NCBI GenBank assembly: GCA_046563655.1
Contig: CM102285.1
Span: 6,386,001 to 6,450,000, forward strand
Source: Yuukianura sp. NJ FZ-2021
Lineage: Eukaryota
Direction: 5' to 3'
Length of the DNA: 64,000 bases
Part shown: one piece after another, positions 59,501 through 64,000 of the stretch
How positions within the stretch are numbered: the first letter of the stretch is position 1
Layout of the letters: each line of letters begins with the position of its first letter
Position numbers and translations under genes: made by a program
The notes under the pieces: generated by a model
Seen by the model: only the letters and a program-made list of their open reading frames with translations
The model's database searches: none
Told to the model about the DNA's origin: nothing

Positions 59501-61526
59501 ATTGAAATTGAAATTACGCAATGCTTTTGCGTTTGTAAGAAAAAAAAGTCGATTAACTGGCAAAGTCAATCGTATCGATTTCAAATCTATTTGAAAAAAT
59601 TCAACAGCGCGCGATTCATCATATTGAGAACAAATTGGAACGACAATCTCTGGCACACTTATTTCACAAATGGAAAGCAGATCAAAATTTGAATATTTGC
59701 CGAGTAGTACTGAATCACTTGCAAAAAATGTAAACCAGAAAAGATTTTTCACTTTTGTTCTCGAATGTCCGCTATAATTTAGTAAGCACAAAACTTTTTT
59801 TATAAGTTCTGTATAATTCCAGCCTAACCTTTAAGTTAGGTTAATCACCAAAATCTCATCTAATAAGCTTTCTCGTTCACGTTAATTAGTATCAAAAAAG
59901 TAGCCGAGCGATTTCCCCTGCTGTTAGATAGACAGCGCGATAATGTTCCTACTTTTTATCCCGTCAACACAATAACCATGAACTGTAGCGTTGCATATGC
60001 CGACGCCTGAACTATGAGGTTGCTGTCATATGCTCATTATAAAAAATATTCTCATTAACAACCTGCAATGCACTAAACCTAATGGAGATCACACGACGGA
60101 ATGAACAGGACAACGTAAGGGGTTAAAATGTTCAAAAATTTCAAATCTCAGGGAGACGCTATATGTTCAAGAAAGTATTAGGAAAATTCTTGTTTTAAAT
60201 AAAAATGCAGTATAATATTCTACGTCTTTAGGAGTTGCCGAAAAATTTCTCAAATATCCCTGATTATCCCTCTCTCATATTAGTAACCAAGTAAATATCA
60301 TAAAATAGTGGTTACAATTTAAATATATATGATAAAGTTTAAAAATTTGAACCAAGTCATAACCTCGTCCTGTGGCGGATTAGGTCCATCGTTAGGCCTT
60401 TTCCACTGGGATTGATCGAAAACTTCCTTTTGATATATTTCGACAGGAGGGAAAGGTGGTGTAAACTTTGAGCTTACGTCGACTAAGCACCTTGAAGTAT
60501 AAATATTAGATGGTGATTCGTGCGATTGGAAATTCTCACCAATACCTTGAAACGTCTAACGTTCTTTCTCCACCGTCTCTCAAGGTTGGTGGCGCACTGA
60601 AGAGGACTAAGGTTGTGCCGAATGGAAAAAGTCGGCAAAGCATGACTGGCCCGCCTTCCCTGATTGCACCCCTTTCCCCAGCAAGGCACCCGAAAACGAC
60701 CCTCACCTAAGTTCGGAAATTTGAAAATGGCAAGAAATGACTTCCATGACCCTCTCTTCTTGGAATGAAAGTAGGCTTCAACAACATGCAACTTTCACCT
60801 CCAAAGGCTAAACTTTGGGAGAAGAATGGAGAAAGCACTCCTAAATCAACTCATTCAACCTAGGCTCCATCCAAAACTTTTAGGAGTCTTCATTTCGCAG
60901 TTCTTCGCTTCCAACAACTACCACTGCCCTACCAATAATACTTGGAGCTGACATTTAGTTATTGACGTTAAAACAGCACGTCCAACCAAGTACAGAAATA
61001 TGCTCAAACAAACAACGAAACTCAAAATTGCTTTTCTTTTTGGCTTGTTTTAGCCTGCCATTTTAAGATGTTGCATTTCTGCATGCTTAAAATTTCCCGT
61101 TCTTTTGTTCGTTAAGTTTCCTTTATTGCTTTCACTCAACCAGAATTTTTTGTGACGTCATGCGTAAAGCATGCGTCCACAGGAACCACACAAATGGCAG
61201 TTGAGGTCCCTATATCTCTGGAACTGTTGTTGTTCAAAAACAAACTAATTACCTCAACGTTCTGTTTATATTTTCCTCGCAATTTATCAACTCCCACCTT
61301 GTTTAGCATTAACTTTGTCGTGCCTATTTTTGAAACCTGGACTTGAGAGTAGAAAATGAATGGTTTTTGCCTCTTCCACACGTCATCTCAAACTTACTTT
61401 GAGTAACAAATATAACGGTCGTAACCCGGGCATACACAAGTACCGAAAGATTGGTCGAACTTTCACCTCCACAGGCTCTAGTGGTTTATACTAGATTGCT
61501 CAACAAGCAAAGAGCAATTTCTTTAA

Positions 61527-62567
61527 AGCCCAATTTATCAGGGTTGGCAAAATGACGTCATTTTCACGAAAATGACGTCAAAAACGTTTAAAACGTTAAA
61601 AACGCGTCAAAAACGTCAGAAACGTCAGAAACCTTTCCTCAAAAATTAAAATCTTTAATTCTAAATTTCCGGTTAACCTACATTGTAAACTTGCTAACTA
61701 TTACATTATAACGTATAACCGCTGTCAGTTACCAGTAACGAATGCTCTGACGCAGACGCCCCATTCCGTTGCACATCTGTCGATTTCTTCTTTCGCCAAA
61801 GTTCTCAAACATTGGGATGTGCGCGCATGCCCTGATGTGTCAATAAAGCTTGTTAAAGCTTGATTTCCGTCAGAATCAGCGATTGATATGCCGACAATTG
61901 GTTCGTTCTGGACGTTGGACCAACCATCAAGACACATTTTGCTGGTTTTTCTTTAAATTTGAACGCGAATGCACGGTTTTATAAGAAATGAATCTGACAA
62001 AAATGACGTTTTGTGACAAGGGGTCTTGTCAGAAACGTTTATGACTGACGTTTTTGACTGACGTCATGGTCATTTTGCCAACCCTGCAATTTATACTCGC
62101 GGTTTTGCCGGGAAATTTCCTTGGCAACGAATGGGGAACGCAATTTATACTTTTTTCCCTCAATGGCAAACCGTTTCCTGGGAGACGAGAGGGAAACAGA
62201 TTTCTTGGGAAAACAATTTATGCTTTTCCGCAACTTTGTCTTCTCCTCTCATTTTCCAAAGTTGAACACAATCCTACTTTTTTCCCGGGAAAGGCTGATT
62301 ATCAGAGATTGACTGTCTGATTTAGAAAGTTGCCAAGGCGATTTTCTATTTTTTTTTTCTCTAGACTAACAACGTCCACACATTTTTCCTCTACCAATTT
62401 ATACTTTCTCCAAGACAAAGGTCAAAATTTGTGTTTGAAAATCCCAGGGAAATTGCTCAGGATGAGTTGACGGGAAAAGTATAAATTGGTAAAGGCCAAA
62501 CAAATTCCCAACGCAACTTTTCCCTGCTTTTGTCCTCGGGAAAAGGAAAAAAAGTATAAATTGGGCT
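61527..62567. mobile_element. PIF/Harbinger-type MITE, interrupted in its left TIR by a hAT element
   Basis: Termini AGCCCAATTTATAC (reconstructed) / GTATAAATTGGGCT, with TSD TAA. Confidence 0.8.
61539..62086 (-). mobile_element. Internally deleted hAT transposon with a transposase fragment (61725-61950)
   Basis: 18-bp TIRs CAGGGTTGGCAAAATGAC and a perfect 8-bp TSD CAATTTAT. The fragment CLDGWSNVQNEPIV...FIDTSGH..T...AFVTGN matches the hAT catalytic region. Confidence 0.92.
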
Positions 62568-62962
62568 TAACAACAAAGTTTTGTTGGCAAGACACCTACC
62601 TTGGGTTTATAAAACGCTGGCACACCGTTAACAACGGTGCACCTTTTGCAAGCCATGTTTCACCATGAGCAAGCTGAGCTACACAGTTGTTAGTCTCTCT
62701 CATTGATATGACCTTTTGTGTTGGTCATATTGCACGTTACCGTGGACATATATTCATCTTGAGCTTTGACCCAGAAAAGGCCAAATATGATACTCCCCTG
62801 GGTCCTCTGCTGTTTAAAGCAAAAGGCGGCGGAAAAAAGATAGATATTTGTCGCCGACGGTAAGGCAGACAAATAGCGGATGCGTAAAGTAGCTTTATGT
62901 ATCCAAATAACTTCCAGCATAAAAGCATGGGCAGTGCCATTTCCAAGTTTAAACTTATATTA

Positions 62963-63381
62963 GGCAGTTATCTGCAGCCCACGTATCTTGAAAACGTAAA
63001 CGTATCACGTATCTTTTCGAAAAAGATACGTGAAGAGCTTGAGATACGTAAACGTATCTACTTACGTTAACGTAAAAATCAAAAAGATACGTGAAAGATA
63101 CGGGAGACGTAAACGTATCTTAAATTCCAAATCACACTCGGTTCAAAGTGTGAATCCCTTTAGAAGTATGTTTTGTATCTGTAACAGGTGCAATTTGAAA
63201 ATCACTTTTTTCGTCTTTTTTTTTGTAAACAAAACGGACTTGCGCTAGACGTTACGGTTTTTTGGTTTTGGGGCTTGCAGAAAACTGGTGAAAAAGATAC
63301 GGGAAACGTATCACGTATCTCAAAAAAGATACGTTACGTTACAACGTACGTTTCAAGATACGTGGTCTGCAGATAACTGCC
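62963..63381. mobile_element. MITE with ACGTATC/GATACGT sub-repeats
   Basis: TIR GGCAGTTATCTGCAG / CTGCAGATAACTGCC, flanked by TATTA on both sides (TA or 5-bp TSD). Confidence 0.8.
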
Positions 63382-64000
63382 TATTAAAAGCTTGACCTTC
63401 TAAACTCCGTCACTTTCCGTTGTTGGTGAAAACTCACCTGAAAACAAAACAGGGATTTTTTCCATATAGGTTTTCAACTATGTAACTTTGAGTTTGTATT
63501 TTTTTGAAACACTATTCCAAAATCCAAATAGAGTTTCACCAACAATCACTTGTCCCGAAGTAAACCTGTTTCGAAGTTAGCATCAGTTTAGTCCATGTTT
63601 TTACCGAAGAAAATTTGAAGCCTAACCACAAGCTGAAGCTAAAGGTGAATACGCTCATAATCAAACACACACTAAGCAACTTCGACATAGTCTGTTTGCA
63701 CATATACTACGAAAGATTCCGTTTCTCCAACAAAAAAGAAATGCAATCACAAAATTACCTATTAGGTGCTTCAGAGCCAGTCCAAATTCATTGAGTTCGT
63801 CGAATTGCTTATAGCACTTTGCAAAAATCAATAGCCTACAATTTTTTACCTCGTTCTGTTCTGGTGTGACTTGAGAAAGCTGTATTTTTTGTACCAATAC
63901 CAAGAAACACAGGAAGAACGTTTTGGGACAAAAATGACAGTATATTTTTCTCAAGGCCAATTCGAATTGATTGAGTGGAAGGATATCAACAATATTGTTG

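Noticed and set aside
57000..61400. Many 60-100-aa ORFs on both strands
   Set aside because: No motifs and mostly non-ATG starts, consistent with random ORFs in intronic or intergenic DNA.

Overview
AT-rich eukaryotic DNA with short spliceosomal introns, probably from an arthropod (TipE-family gene, FHA-type senataxin, DINE-1-like elements). The first ~33 kb is a pile of nested transposable elements. It holds Maverick/Polinton capsid remnants, a GATA zinc-finger fragment, a young Ty1/copia element, a young Ty3/gypsy element, a pogo-like element, a BEL/Pao remnant, an ORF1-only LINE derivative and Helentron-type elements. The copia element (6507-14158, minus strand) has 416-bp LTRs, an AAATT TSD and a tRNA-iMet PBS. 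The gypsy element (15204-22723, plus strand) has 109-bp LTRs and a GAAG TSD. The rest of the window carries three host genes among many MITEs: Trf2/TBPL1 (minus), an FHA-senataxin helicase (plus) and a TipE/TEH channel subunit (minus). Headline observation: the copia element encodes an intact class I viral fusion-type envelope protein (signal peptide, RHKR furin site, fusion peptide, heptad repeat, Cys-rich ectodomain, TM anchor), in frame with the end of pol. It is a candidate enveloped animal Ty1/copia element with a single Gag-Pol-Env polyprotein. The neighbouring gypsy element has no env but carries an extra ORF ending in a small FAST-fusogen-like membrane module. All calls were made by eye, with no database searches.
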